A stretch of DNA of 64,000 nucleotides from Stegostoma tigrinum (lineage: Eukaryota), in the NCBI RefSeq assembly GCF_030684315.1, contig NC_081396.1, positions 4,340,001 through 4,404,000 of the forward strand, written 5' to 3'. The notes under the pieces are model-generated. The model worked only from the letters and a program-made list of their open reading frames with translations, did not search any database and was not told where the DNA came from. The position numbers were made by a program, and so were the translations under genes. Below, piece after piece: positions 48,544 through 61,441 of this stretch. Positions within the stretch are counted from its first letter, which is position 1. Every line of letters starts with the position of its first letter.

Positions 48544-50980
48544 ACTAAGTGTTTGCTGGGAACGAGAAGAAATCTATTCTTAAGGACAGAACTTTCCAAT
48601 AGAAAATGTCCACCTCAATTAAAAACACTGCATTTTACAATTTCTTTCATTGCATTTTCTGAGTTTATGATCACGATGGTCAGGAATTTTGTCTTCTAGC
48701 AATATGGTTGAGAGTTTGGAGAGGTGTTTGGTCAGATTTTGACACTTCACTTGGTGGAAACCTGTTACAATGCAGGGGCATGTGCATGCCCTTTGTCAGT
48801 TCAGTCTCAGTCTGACATGTCAGAATCCTGCAATTGTTCTGTATTGAAGCAGAGTCTTTCAAGTAAGTGGAGGACGTTTTTGAATTTAACAACAGACGCC
48901 ACAATGGCAATGGGTTTATTTCATGAAATCTATTGCTGCAACTGAGTACAGATAGATGTGACCTCTTTGCCCAGCTTCACATTACTGACGAAAGTTTCCT
49001 TCTGCAAGAGGAACAAGCGCTAAATCTTAGAATGCAATGGGAAAAATGTAATAATGTTTCCCTGCTTCAAAGAAATAGTATGGGTCACTATGCAGTCCTG
49101 TAAACGAAAGGATACTTGCTTGTTTCTACATCAGAGGTGGCACAGGCCAGAAAATGATGGAGACTCTGGGAGAAAAATTAAGGGGTGTCAGCAGACAAAA
49201 AGCTGATTTATGTACAGGGAAGTAAAAATATTGAAAGGCAGTCGCGGAAGGTTGAGGTGATTACTCATATTAACATGGAGGGAATCAGTTGACGAGCCAT
49301 TGAGAGAAACACATGAAGTGTCAGGGAGCCATGGCAACTGACAAATACGGAGAAGCAACGAACGTCACTATGCATGAATAGGAGAGGGGGAAAGGGTGAG
49401 TCACAAGAGATATACTGAGAGAAACGTTGATTGAAATGTCAACATGAATTTCAGGAAATGCAATAAAATAAAATGAAACATGGAAGTTGTGTAAATTCTG
49501 AGAGACATTAGAATTTCTCCGGTCGACATAACAAGATTGATCCTATGTATTCATCAAGAATTTATGAATGTCAGCGTTTTAACTACAATTTGGGATCTAT
49601 CTGGGATCTATCTGCTTCTACTTCACACAAGTCATTCGACAATTCTAATGGACAGATGATGAAATCACTGAATCGGTTTCGAAGTGTTTCAAAAAATGCA
49701 GNNNNNNNNNNNNNNNNNNNNNNNNNNNNNNNNNNNNNNNNNNNNNNNNNNNNNNNNNNNNNNNNNNNNNNNNNNNNNNNNNNNNNNNNNNNNNNNNNNN
49801 NNNNNNNNNNNNNNNNNNNNNNNNNNNNNNNGTACATTGAAACTTTTTTTTCTGTTTAGCCTAAGCTTTCTGTGTTAATCTTCATTTCAAGGCTACTGCT
49901 GGAGGTGGAAGATTTCTTTCTCTCTTGTACATTAACGAAGCATATGGTATTTTCTGACAATGCCTGTCGTTTAATGGTCACCACTTCACCTTTGATTCCT
50001 TGTGATTGCAGACTGACTAAAATCAAATTTGCATGTTGCTCTGGGCAAACTTTAAATCAGGATGAATACCCAAATTTTCCTAAATGAATTGTTTGGGTGG
50101 TTGATCACTATGTTAGCGATTTCATAACCGATGGCGGGAATGTGCAAACACTATGTCAGAGCTCCCTCTTTTGAGGATAAGAAATACAGAATCCTTTTTT
50201 ACTTCTGCAAATACATTGAATTCTCAAGAAATCGACAGATTTTGCTGCCTGTCTATGTGAACTATTCTTATCATCACTGTTCCTCGCATAATACATTTTA
50301 AACAGATGAGCGTATTTTCCAGGATTTCTTATCAACTTCAGCTTGAATTATCTTCATTCATTTTGATTTTTTTTCAATCAGTGTTTTAGAAACACCTGGC
50401 ATATACATTCAAACTAATGTGAAATCACAGTGATCACCACAAATGGACATGTTCACACAAATAAAGAAGATAGACAAAATTCTGTTTAAAAATATATCCT
50501 AAATACCGTGGAACTTCAATGAGGTCACATCGATGTGAAGCTTTCCCTCGTGTTCAGTGGGTTGTTACTTTTGTGTCAGTTGTAACTGCTCGCATGACCT
50601 GACTTTGGCATTGATAACTGGGAGATTAGTGGAAGAAACTGAAAATTGATAACCTGGAAAGTATTGTCAGTGCCTCATTGTTTGAGGTTAGAACAGAATC
50701 ATCGAGAAACTTTCGGATTTCTAGTAAACAGTATGTTTGGTTAATAGTTTTGTCCGAGTATTGAAAAATGCTACTGCTTTTGACAATTTCACCCATACCC
50801 CCTGGATTGTGAAGTTAGAATGTACTAGATATAGATTCATAAACATTCAGTGTGAGGTGCTTTATCTGCTCCAGGCAAAGGACAAATGCACAAGGAATTC
50901 TGGATCATGCACGATCACAAGGCAAAATATCAGCTCCCGTTATAACCAAAACAAATGGTGTAGAACAGTAACCTGCGACA

Positions 50981-51430
50981 TGTCGCATGATAAACGGCTA
51001 AGGATCCTCGGATTGTACTCATTAGCGTTTAGAAGGTTGAGGGGAGATCTAATAGAAACGTACAAGATAATGTATGGTTTAGAAGGGGTGGATGCGAAGA
51101 AGTTGCTTCGGTTAGTTGAGCAGACTAGGACCCGTGGTCACAGCCTTAAAATTAAAGGGGGTAAATTTACAACTGAAATGACGTGACATTTCTTCAGCCA
51201 GAGAGTGGTGGGCTTGTGGAATTCTTTGCCACGGAGTGCAGTGGAGGCCGCGACGTTGGATGCCTTCAAGGCAGAGATCGACAAATTCTTGATCTCAGAA
51301 GGAATCAAGGGCTACGGGGAGAGTGCAGGGAAGTGGAGTTGAAATGCCCATCAGCCACGATTTAAATGGTGGAAAGGACTTGATAGGCCCAATGGCCTTA
51401 CTTCCACTCCTATGCCTTATGGTCTTGTAT
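50981..51430 (+). mobile_element. Relatively young CR1-type LINE 3' end
   Basis: RLRILGLYSLAFRRLRGDLIETYKIM...TRGHSLK...FFSQRVVGLWNSLP...GIKGYGESAGKW, then the 3'UTR ending CCTATGCCTTATGGTCTT. Confidence 0.92.
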
Positions 51431-52044
51431 CTCATAAACCCATTAATGCTGCTGCCATCTGTTGTGGAACATTTCTTTCATTATTCTGCATCTTGGTTGA
51501 AACTTTTGAAAGCAAAGTTAAAACACGAGGGGCGTCCTTGGCGTCTCATCTTCAAAGCAGTTTCTACTGATTAATAATCAAAGGCAACACATAATGATCA
51601 GTGTTCAAACCTAATCGACCATTTCACAGAAAGATTTATTTTCTCCACGCGCTCCTTTGTGAAGACAACATTTTGTTGATCCCTAAATCCAGGTGCTTAT
51701 TTTCTTTGGCCCTGACGAAATTATTGTGCATAGGTTTAGCTTTTTCAGTCTGTGGTTTTTGAGATGTATTTTCGCCACCAAAAGTGATGGCAAAACCTCC
51801 ATTTGTGGTGGAATGTTTATACTTCTTTAGAACAAATTTTGGAAAATCAATCTGTTCCACTCGAGGCAACAGCACTTCGCGAAAGATGAGCTGCCTTGTA
51901 AAAGCCTCCGACTTGGAGAAGCACCTCATTTTCTTCTGTTTGTTTCTCCTGACACACAGTATCCAAATTACACTCAGCTGAAGAATTGAATGAATTAATT
52001 TGCTTCAGCCATGTCTTTCACTGAATCAAAAATGCCTTCACTGC

Positions 52045-52234
52045 AAGATAAAGTGTGACGCCGGAAGAACAGAGCAGGCCAAGCAGCATCTCAGGAGCAC
52101 AAAAGCTGACAATGAAGGGTCTAGGCCCGTAACGTCAGCTTTTGTGCTCCTGAAATGCTGCTTGGCTGCTGTGTTCATCCAGCTGCACACTTTGTTGTCT
52201 TGGATTCTCCAACATCTGCAGTTCCCATTATCAC
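52045..52234. mobile_element. Short hairpin derivative of the PLE terminus with TSD
   Basis: Inverted arms around ATGAAGGGTCTAGGCCCGTAAC; 13-bp TSD TGCCTTCACTGCA at 52033-52045 and 52235-52247. Confidence 0.88.
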
Positions 52235-55200
52235 TGCCTTCACTGCAGGTGTGTTTTGCACATGAGTCCAGACCCACAGCAGCGCAGTTGATACTGATTT
52301 GCTTTGTGATGCGGCATCGCAGCGACTCAGTTAAAATTGTGATTGCTAACAAACGTTGCTCTTGTCCATGATTTCAACATCCATGAAGCAGCAAGTAAAT
52401 TCATAATTTGAGTAACTGGCCCAGCAAAATTCTCAGCACTGAAATCTGTCGCAATTATTTTTTCGAGTAAGCTGCAATTAATCAACAGCCATATGTACAC
52501 TTTTTGTTTGTTTCCAAAATAATTGTTGTTTATTTTACCATGTAAATATTTTCTGTCCTTTTTTCATACATTTACGTTATATTTTTATTCCCTTGCTTCC
52601 TCTTTACTTTGTTGCATTTTTGATTATTCCTCTTACTTTCCCTTCATGTTCTGTTGGAAATGTTTACAGAACTTTGTTTTGGACAGACTTCATTTTTCAG
52701 GAAAATGAATGTTTTTAAAAACAGCAACAGTTTTCCAAGCACAAAATACAATTCTCTCAAGGTTAAATGTTTCACAAAATTTCTCCGACAATATGACCTT
52801 GTTTTGAATTGAAATGCGAACTTTCTAGTTCCTCCAATTTCTCAAACAGATTGTCTCAGTCTTCTTTTCCCGCATAACATAGGAGTGATTTGATCCATTC
52901 TCAGAGAATATGTGGGCAGGCTTGGTGTATCAGTTATTAATTAATCATCGTGGCGTCGACAGTTCTGCTGTCAGTGGCCACACTGGTGTAATATTCATCA
53001 GTGTAATTTAATTGTCGTTCAGTTTCCTGTCAATCACACCGATGTGCTGTCTCTGTTTTTGTCTTGCCCTCCATAGCTGAAGACAGTCTCCCTGGTTGAC
53101 AGTTGATTTCACCTTTGACCAACACGTGCCCATTTCTGGTCAGAGCTGAAAATAAACTATTGCACTTTGAAAGCAGCATCTCGTTCTTGTCCGCACACAC
53201 ACCAACATCAAATTTATGCTGTTATATTCTGTAATTGAACACTGGAATAAACTTTTTAGCATGTGGCTCTGCAGAGTAAAACTGATATTCGATTTGATAC
53301 CTGAATAGGCTGCCTATGATTGCATCTATATCATTTTAATACATTCTCTCCCAATGATTTTGATCTTACTGACCAATGTATTTCTGTTGCATATTTTTCA
53401 GTGATACAGAAATTATCCAAAATACTCCAGCACCTCAACAATAACGAGTGTCAACCTGTCCCAGAGGCTGAGAAGCCGAGAAAGTGCATTTTTCCACTCT
53501 TTCTGATCTCGTGAATTTTAACCTGCATTTTGTAACAATCAAGATGCTCTCACCACACTGTCTTGTGCTTCCACTGGTGCTGTGAAACTGGGAAGGGGAG
53601 CTGTGTTTTTTTATCTTTTTAAGTTAATCGACAGCCCACATGGAGGGCCAAACTATTTTTGGGAAAATATACTCGTACAATTTGAGCAATAAATTTGTCT
53701 TTTAGCGCATCTGTTTCTGACTTTCAGAATATAATGCCGACACTCAGGCATACCTTCATAAAAAGACTTATTGATGGCCCATACAAGAGAAGCAGAGCCT
53801 AGCCAGTCATCATTCTTAGGATGGATATTTGATAAACTATCTAGATGGATCCACACCTCGATATTTTAAACAAAATTTTATTTTACAATATATTTATTCA
53901 ACTTCAGTTTGAATTTTACTCGTCAGTTATTTATCCAGACCCCTGTCTGGCCTCAGTTTCAACATCAACATTAATTTATTTAACAAAAGAAAAGGAATTA
54001 CGATTTTTATCGATATCCTACACTGATCAAAAGTTAGAAAACTTTTTTTTTCAGTGTAAGTTATGAAAACAATATCAATCCAACTCTTGAGGAAGAAATC
54101 CCCATGTTACTCTTGTATGACGGGAGATCAAACTCAATCAGACGGGAAAAAATGGACCTCAGTCTCATTTAGAGAGATTACATTTCTAATCGTGCCAGAC
54201 TCCTGCAGAACTGGCTACAAGAATTGGATTGTAGGATAAGGCCCCGATTGATGCAGTTTGCATTTTTGAAATTGAATTGACGCCTCTGGTTTAAAGATCA
54301 GATGGGCGACATTTGATTCCACATGGCGAGCTAACTGGACAGTGGAGAAACAAAATCACGAAGAGATAAATGGCATGAGGTTTGCACGGAGGGCGATGAA
54401 TATATTATTTATTTCCCACTGTTTAATAGAAGCAATGTCAGTGACGGTGGAGCACAGCAGGATGCTCTTCATCCCCTCTCAAAAACGTTTCTGGGTCACC
54501 GCAGAGATGCAGACATTCTGGTTGGGGTTAAATATTAGGGACGTGTTCGTCATCTCTGAAAGAATGCACTGTAGCCATTGAAATCATCAAGGCTGAAATA
54601 GAATCTGTCCGTGGAGGAAATGCACAAAACATGTGGTCCACAGAAGGAGGAAGCTGAGAGAAACAGTGAAGAGGAGGACAATTGACTTGTGGCTGATTGA
54701 CTTCTCCAGTGCTTCTTGCTTACGTTTGTCCCAGAGTCTCCTTCGGTCTTGGCTGGCTGCAGTGATGAGTCTGGCGGTCAGAACATTGAGAAGCAGAATG
54801 AAATTGTATCAGATAAACGGAATGAAGATATATTCCAGCTCTTGGTCAGCCTCTCAGGTGAGTGAGGTGTAAAATGTATGCCTAACGTCACAGAACGACG
54901 GCACACCATCCCGTATACGCATGGGCTGGTAGCTGACGTCCAACAATGATCTTAACACTGATCAGCAGACAAATTACTCCTATGGTCAGAGGTGCAACTT
55001 GGTCAGACCAGTTTCTGTTCTTCAGGCTCTGGAAGCAGGTGGCCACAAAATGGACACTGATAAAGACCACAATCCACCAGGGTGAGAAATCCTGGGAGGC
55101 AAATGCCAGGACATTATTGAGCTTGAAAGAGGGAGTTGTTACAGGACGCATTCATGAAAGTTGCTCCCAATGATCTGGCTGATAATGATGACACGGATGT

Positions 55201-57959
55201 TGACAAGGAAATCAGGCAACACAATCGCCATCAGATAGTAGCATATGAAAAACGAAATGCCACTCGGTCCTGGGGTTAGGATCACAATCGCTACATATCA
55301 GCTTGGTGAAAAATATTACTCAGTAGCCATCAGTAAAAAATAAAAATCCTCGACCAGGTTTGATTGAAACCTTCTTAATTCCTCCCCTGGCCACATCCTA
55401 ACTCTGATTATTATGAAGCACAGATAATTTTTCACCTTCCAATGTTGGATGAAGCAATTGTCATGGAGACTTTGCAGTCAGTGTCTGAAATAAATTTGGT
55501 TCTTTGGCAACTGAGTCAAATCCGTGCTCAACTATAACATGTACGCCAATCATAAAAAAAAATTGAGGCCAGTCCTGTATTCGTATCAAGACCCATTCTG
55601 CACACATTCTCTGTTAGCTGATCGGAAGTTACTTCTTGCCTGGCAACCGCTGGGTTTCAGTCATCACTTCCATCGAATTTCCAACTAATTTGATAGTCCT
55701 GAACTCCCTGTCCTTATTCATTGTTCAATGATCACCGATTTCGGGGATCAGCTTTTTTAACATTCCTGATATCACCTGCTCAGACAGTGCCGTTTATGCC
55801 TGACATATCGATATCCTGATGTATTTAAGTTCACTCCTTCATGGCTCAGCATTACCTAATTTCTTTTGGATTCTTCTGTTGCCCGAACTCCTTCATCAAA
55901 CTTTGAATCAAATACCTCTTGATATTTTTTCTTTATGAAATTTCTTGTTATTCCTGCTCTGAAATATCCACACGATGTGAAATGCAAAGACTGAACAAGA
56001 AGACAGAACTGGCACAGGTAGAAATTAGCAATAAAATGCAACTTTCTCGGAGATATGAACACACAAGCAAAATGTACAAATGACACACTCAGCAAGACAA
56101 CTTTCATTTACCAGTGATCCAGCTCGCTCACAGTGAAAAGGATGTCCAATACTCTTGTACCCTTTAACCAGGGTTTCCTGAGTAGATTAGGTTAACAGCC
56201 TCCATTGGGGGACTCATGTTCAACAGGGCCCACCACCGGTCTTCGTTACAGTCATTAGACCCCAATCTAATCTTACCTCTTTTCTTCCTTTGCATCAGCG
56301 GACACAACCACAGCCTAGACAACCATTCTTCCGAGCTGTCACGTTCCAGTCCAGTCGAGTATCTTCTCACCAATAAAATCACATATTTTCTTTGAATAGG
56401 TCTGTTTGGATATGATATGCCACATCTCCAAGGCAGCTAGTGCTTGACCACAATGTTTGGCAAAGCAGCATCACTGATTGTGCCAGCGTTTAATCCCCAC
56501 CCTAGGGTTCCATTGAGAAGGTGGTGATAAGCTGCCTGCCTGAACTGCTGAAGCACCTCTGCACTCGGTAGACCCACAATGCCCTGAGGGAGGGAATTCC
56601 AGGATTTTAAATCTTTTGAAGTATTGCTGAGATTGAGTACACCTAAATACTTTCTGTTATGGGATGATTAGTCTGAAGACAGGATTTGAGTGCTGGCCTC
56701 ATGAATAACATACATACGTTGTCTTGTTTTTTTTAATCAGTCTCACATCAATGGATTGCTTGTTGAGGGTGTAGTGATTTACAGTGTTCCAATGAATCTC
56801 TGGAAAATTGAAACCAAAGGAGTGACTCTCTGAAAATCAGTTTTTAAAATCTGAGAATGAATTGGATTTCTTTTGACAAGGGTGTCTCTTGCATTTTAGT
56901 CAACTTGATTTCTCATGTCTTTGCTCATAATGATTTCTTTAACTTCTGCATTTTGTCAAGCCATTGGCAGCTCATTATTTTCAGAGATGTTTTTGTTTAC
57001 TACCATGAGAAAATTATTGCAAAACCTGGGGCATTGACGGGTTGCCATCTGAACACAACGTGCACTTGTGCGAGACCATGCCCCCCCAAAATTCAGAAAG
57101 CTCATCTTGTGTGCTTCTGTTCTGGACTGATGGACAGGGAATTTAGAAAGTCTTCTTAGAGGGGAGTGAAGGAGATGACTTACACATTGAAAACTCAAAC
57201 CAAGGGAAATACTTGTCTCCTCGAATGTTCTGTCAGTCACTGACACTCATGACCTTTGTGATACAATTTTCTGGGGAATTAAACGAGTTGACACTGAAAG
57301 ATTTTTTCTCATTTCCCTCAAGAATATGGATCCAGCCAGATTGCTTAAAATTGAAGGCAGTGAAATTGTTTTTAGAGTTTAGAATTATTAAGCTTTTCTT
57401 TGCAAATTGAAGCCTTCGCTCTCCTCTCTTCCTCCATGTTTCTGAAGCTGGTGAGGCTCCTTTACTGTGGATTCCAGTCAATACCCATCCATTGCTTCAT
57501 TACACCTCTGTACTCCCTGAACAGCTCTGACTCTAATCATGTTTGTCTGTTAATTGTGTATCATATTTTGTTAAGGTTTCTGCAGAATGCGTGTCAATGA
57601 ATTTTTCACTGATACCAATTTACCGGATTTACTTTCCCATCATCTGAAACTGCTTTTCCTCCATTAGCGTGCATTTCTGCCTCTGAGCTTATGTAGACAA
57701 TGGCATTCTGCACCATTTTTATGACCTGGAATTCATTCAGCTCATCCAGAAATGTGGCTATTTATCTCCCACAGATTGTTTCCTCACATTAATTAATTGC
57801 AAAATTTTCTCTTCTTGTATCAGATTCAATGTATCCACAGAGTTGACAAACAAGTCTTGAAACACAGATGGACCTGTCAACACAAAGCACACAAGTTGCA
57901 GTATTTTGGATCACGTCAAAATTAACGAGACGCTGAAGATGTAGAGGCAGTTGTGACGA

Positions 57960-58370
57960 TTTTCTTAATTTTATTCACAAGATGAGGGTGTCGCTGACTA
58001 GACCAGCATTTCTAACTCATTACATATTGACCAGAGGGCAGTAAAAGAGAGAACACTGTTGCTGTGTGTCTGGGGTAGCTGGAAAGACGGGCCAGGTAAG
58101 GACGTTTGTTTCCTTACTTGAAGGCCTTTTGAGAACAAGATGGGATTTTTTGACTGTTGATCGTGGATTCACGATCATCGTTACTTAATTCTAGATATAT
58201 TTAAATTCAATTTTAATTCACCCAAATCAAGTGATCGGAATCCAACTTGTTCTTTTGGCAAATGTAAGCCAATATTACTATATTATCATTCAGCAAGGAC
58301 ACATGAAGGCCATTGTCTCGCTGTATGGATGCAGGAAAATGGTTAAGCCCAGAGGTAACAACACAATGGA
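57960..58370 (-). mobile_element. Old DeuSINE-like (SacSINE1/AmnSINE1-type) element
   Basis: GGCCAGGTAAGGACGTTTGTTTCCTTACTTGAAGG...GAACAAGATGGG core-like sequence and a LINE-type tail GATGAGGGTGTCGCTGACTAGACCAGCATTT; recognised by eye. Confidence 0.5.
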
Positions 58371-59040
58371 GAAAATTAAAAACCAAATCAGTTGAGATTA
58401 AATGAGAGGTGAATGGAGTCCCTTTGAAATTCGGTCTTGTCAGTGATATTGTGACTACATTGTTTTGTTTCATTCGGGTTTGACACGATTGTTCCAAACA
58501 GATTGTTTAGGAACTAGATAGTTGCAGGAGATAGGGCTGATATTGTGGACAAGGAGGTTGAATTTTCAGCTGAGACTGAAGCAACTGTTTTATTATTTCC
58601 AGTGTTTCAATGGAGGATATTTCTGCCGATCCCTTTCTGGATGTCAGACAAGTCAGGATTGTGAGAGCTTTTAATGGAATTTGGAGGTCATGCGTTCACA
58701 TACATCCGCTGCCCTGGCCCTTCTAGACGGTGAAGGGTGAGAGTTTGGGTGATTCTGTTCAAATGCTGGTCAAGCTGGGAGAACGTACAATTTATCTTGT
58801 TTCCCTTTGCATTGCTCATGTCGCTGTGGTCCACGTGCAGGCTATGGTGGCAAATGCATTTTCTGCTTGACCTGAGTGAGCCACTTGTGTTTTTACAACA
58901 TTCGAGCACATATAATGATGAATTTCACTCAATAATAATTTACCATGTTCATTCTGCACAGTGTCACAACCTGACTTGTGCTGTTGTTGGTGGGCTGTCA
59001 CTTTTCGTTTTCGTTATTTTCTGTTTCAAAACAATTTCAG

Positions 59041-59934
59041 AGGGTGCCGGAAGAGGAGGGATTACAATCAGGGATCATATGTCTCGTAGCATGGAGGTTT
59101 CAGATTTATTACAACCAAAATGTCATTGGACTTTAAACATGGACGGAATAAGGACAATTCACTTAGAAGGGAAACCCTACCGATGATCTGTGGGTGCACA
59201 AAGCTTCAATCATTCTTCTGGCCAGTCGAGACACGTACACCGTCACATTGGGGATAGACCACAGAATCGGGAGGACTGTGATGCAGAATTCAAATTCCTG
59301 CCTGACTGGATATCCATAGGCACAGGCACATTGGGAGGAGTTAAACACATGCTCAGTGTTTGGGAAAGGATTCATTTTTCAATCCAAAATGTCAACACAC
59401 CAGCAAGTTCTCAACGCAGAGACAACTTTAAAATGCACACACCCTGCAATGTGATGTAAATATTCGTATGAACTGCTGTCCCATCAACGTGTTTCCAGTG
59501 TGGAGAGACCATTCACGGGCTCTCACTGACGAAAAGAATTCAACACATCATCTGAAGTCACTGTGCACCAGAAAATTTACAATTTGGAACAGACTGTTAA
59601 ATGCAGTGTTTGGTCATCACACCTCATAATACACAAGCTAGTTCATTCTGATAAGAGACGTTTTAATTGTTCAATTTGCAAGAAGTACTTTAAAAGTTCT
59701 AAAGAAGTGAGAAGTGCTTTAAAAGTGCCTAAGAAGTGATGACACATCAACGTGTTCACACTGAGGACTGACAATTCAGAAGTTCTTACTATCGGACTCG
59801 GTCCAACAATTCAACTCAACTCATTGCCCACCAGCGAATGCACATTGTGGAGAGGCCATTCACCTGCACTGAGTGTGGAAAAAGGATTCACCTTGAAAGC
59901 CCACCTGCTGACTCACCAGCGAGTTTACATGTAA
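59041..59934 (+). pseudogene. Decayed C2H2 zinc-finger array gene
   Basis: IHLEGKPYR, SGETIHG, HSDKRRFNCSICKK, HQRMHIVERPFTCTECGK/GFTLKAHLLTHQRVYM*; multiple stops and frameshifts; acceptor tttcag| at 59040. Confidence 0.82.
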
Positions 59935-60584
59935 CGACAGGAGTTGGACATTGCTTCTCGTTGCATCCAGGACTGAACATTGTTCATCGTTTAATAAACT
60001 CCAGCTCAATTTTAGCTCTTAATATTATGCATAAAAGTAAATTAAACCAGATTTGTCAGTGAACACAGCTTGGGAAATTCTTTTTTAATCTCTCACACGT
60101 TTGTTCTGACTGAGCTAGTTTGGGAATGCTGACGTTCTCCCCATTTCTTCCATCCTCATCAGCAACACCAAGTGCGTGGAGATTATGGAGCTCCTTTCTC
60201 ACTGAATTTGAGACTACCTGATTGCCTGTTTATGCTGCCTCCCTTCCTCCCACTACCACCCTGGGTAAAAAAAATTCCTCCACAGTTCCTCCCTGCCTGA
60301 ACCCTGAACGTTCATCTTTCTCCAGATTCTCTCTGACAAAACTCATTGTGACTATGAGAACCACCATGTCGTAACTTAACTCTCGTCCCAAAATCTGTTG
60401 ACCATTCAAGTTCTCTGTGTTTACCGTTCTTTTTTAAGATTGCCTCTTATTCTCTCTCCCTCACCTTGAAATCAACAGCATCATCCATCCTACAATAACC
60501 CCTTCACATAATGTCTGAAATAATTACCACACAATCCCCCACATTCTTTCTTTAAACTTGATTGTCCCCGAGTATCATACAATG

Positions 60585-60890
60585 CTTAAACATTAGAAAG
60601 TATCCATTCAGCCCATTGAGTCAGCAACAACCCAAAGAAAGCTCCATCCAAACTCATTCCGTCCCCGTCGCCCCTCTTGGGATTTTACAGGGCCAACCAA
60701 CCTAACTTTCACATCATAGGGATTTTGTCTTTTTTTCGCATGGTCAATCCATCCACACTGCAGATTTTATTTTGAGTGGAAACACGCACAGTCATAGGGA
60801 GATATCAAAACTCCACAAAGACCATCGCCCAAATTTGGAATCAAGCCGGCTTCCTTGGCATTCTAATGCAGCAGTGCTAAACAATAAGCC
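60585..60890 (-). mobile_element. HE1-like SINE, reverse orientation
   Basis: ACACGCACAGTCATAGGGAGATATCAAAACTCCACAAAGAC...GGAATCAAGCCGGCTTCCTTGGC...GCAGCAGTGCTAA is the reverse complement of a V-SINE core plus tRNA-like head. Confidence 0.65.
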
Positions 60891-61340
60891 AGTCTGGATT
60901 GTTCCTTCATGCCTAATATTTCAGGTTTCAGCTCTGTTACATCATCTGGAAGCATTGTTTTCTCATCTGCACTGCTACACCAAGCTCCACCCCAATACCA
61001 TCAATCTCCCTTCCTTCATTGTCACTAAACAATCTGACTGTGTAAACCACATCCAGTATTAGAGGAAAGGAAACATCATCCAATTAAAAATTGCTGAGAT
61101 CAATGTCTCTGTCTTGGATTGCCATTACAAAAATATGTTTCTCAATTAACTTAGTCTCTCCTTGGAACTATGACTCTTCAACACATGGTTCATAATCTCT
61201 GGCACATACTCAGCCACAAGATGAGGTTCTGACCACATGTAATTCTAATAGCAGTCCCAGACATTTCAATTTTATGATGTTATCCATTGCGATTTGATCA
61301 CAGCTCATCTGCTGGTGAAACCCACATCCAAGCCAATGTT

Positions 61341-61441
61341 GGGTCAGCTGCTCTGTTGAAGGGTCTAGGCCCGAAACGTCAGCTTTTGTGCTCCCGGGAT
61401 GCGGCTGGACCTGCTGTGTTCATCGAGCCTCACATTTTATT
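61341..61441 (+). mobile_element. ~100-bp PLE terminus-only insertion (hammerhead motif plus tail) with TSD
   Basis: CTGTTGAAGGGTCTAGGCCCGAAACGTCAGC...CACATTTTATT; 15-bp TSD ATCCAAGCCAATGTT at 61326-61340 and 61442-61456. Confidence 0.85.

Noticed and set aside
54600-55330. Possible Harbinger/Myb-like or other transposon remnant
   Set aside because: Composition looks coding-derived, but no diagnostic motif could be read.
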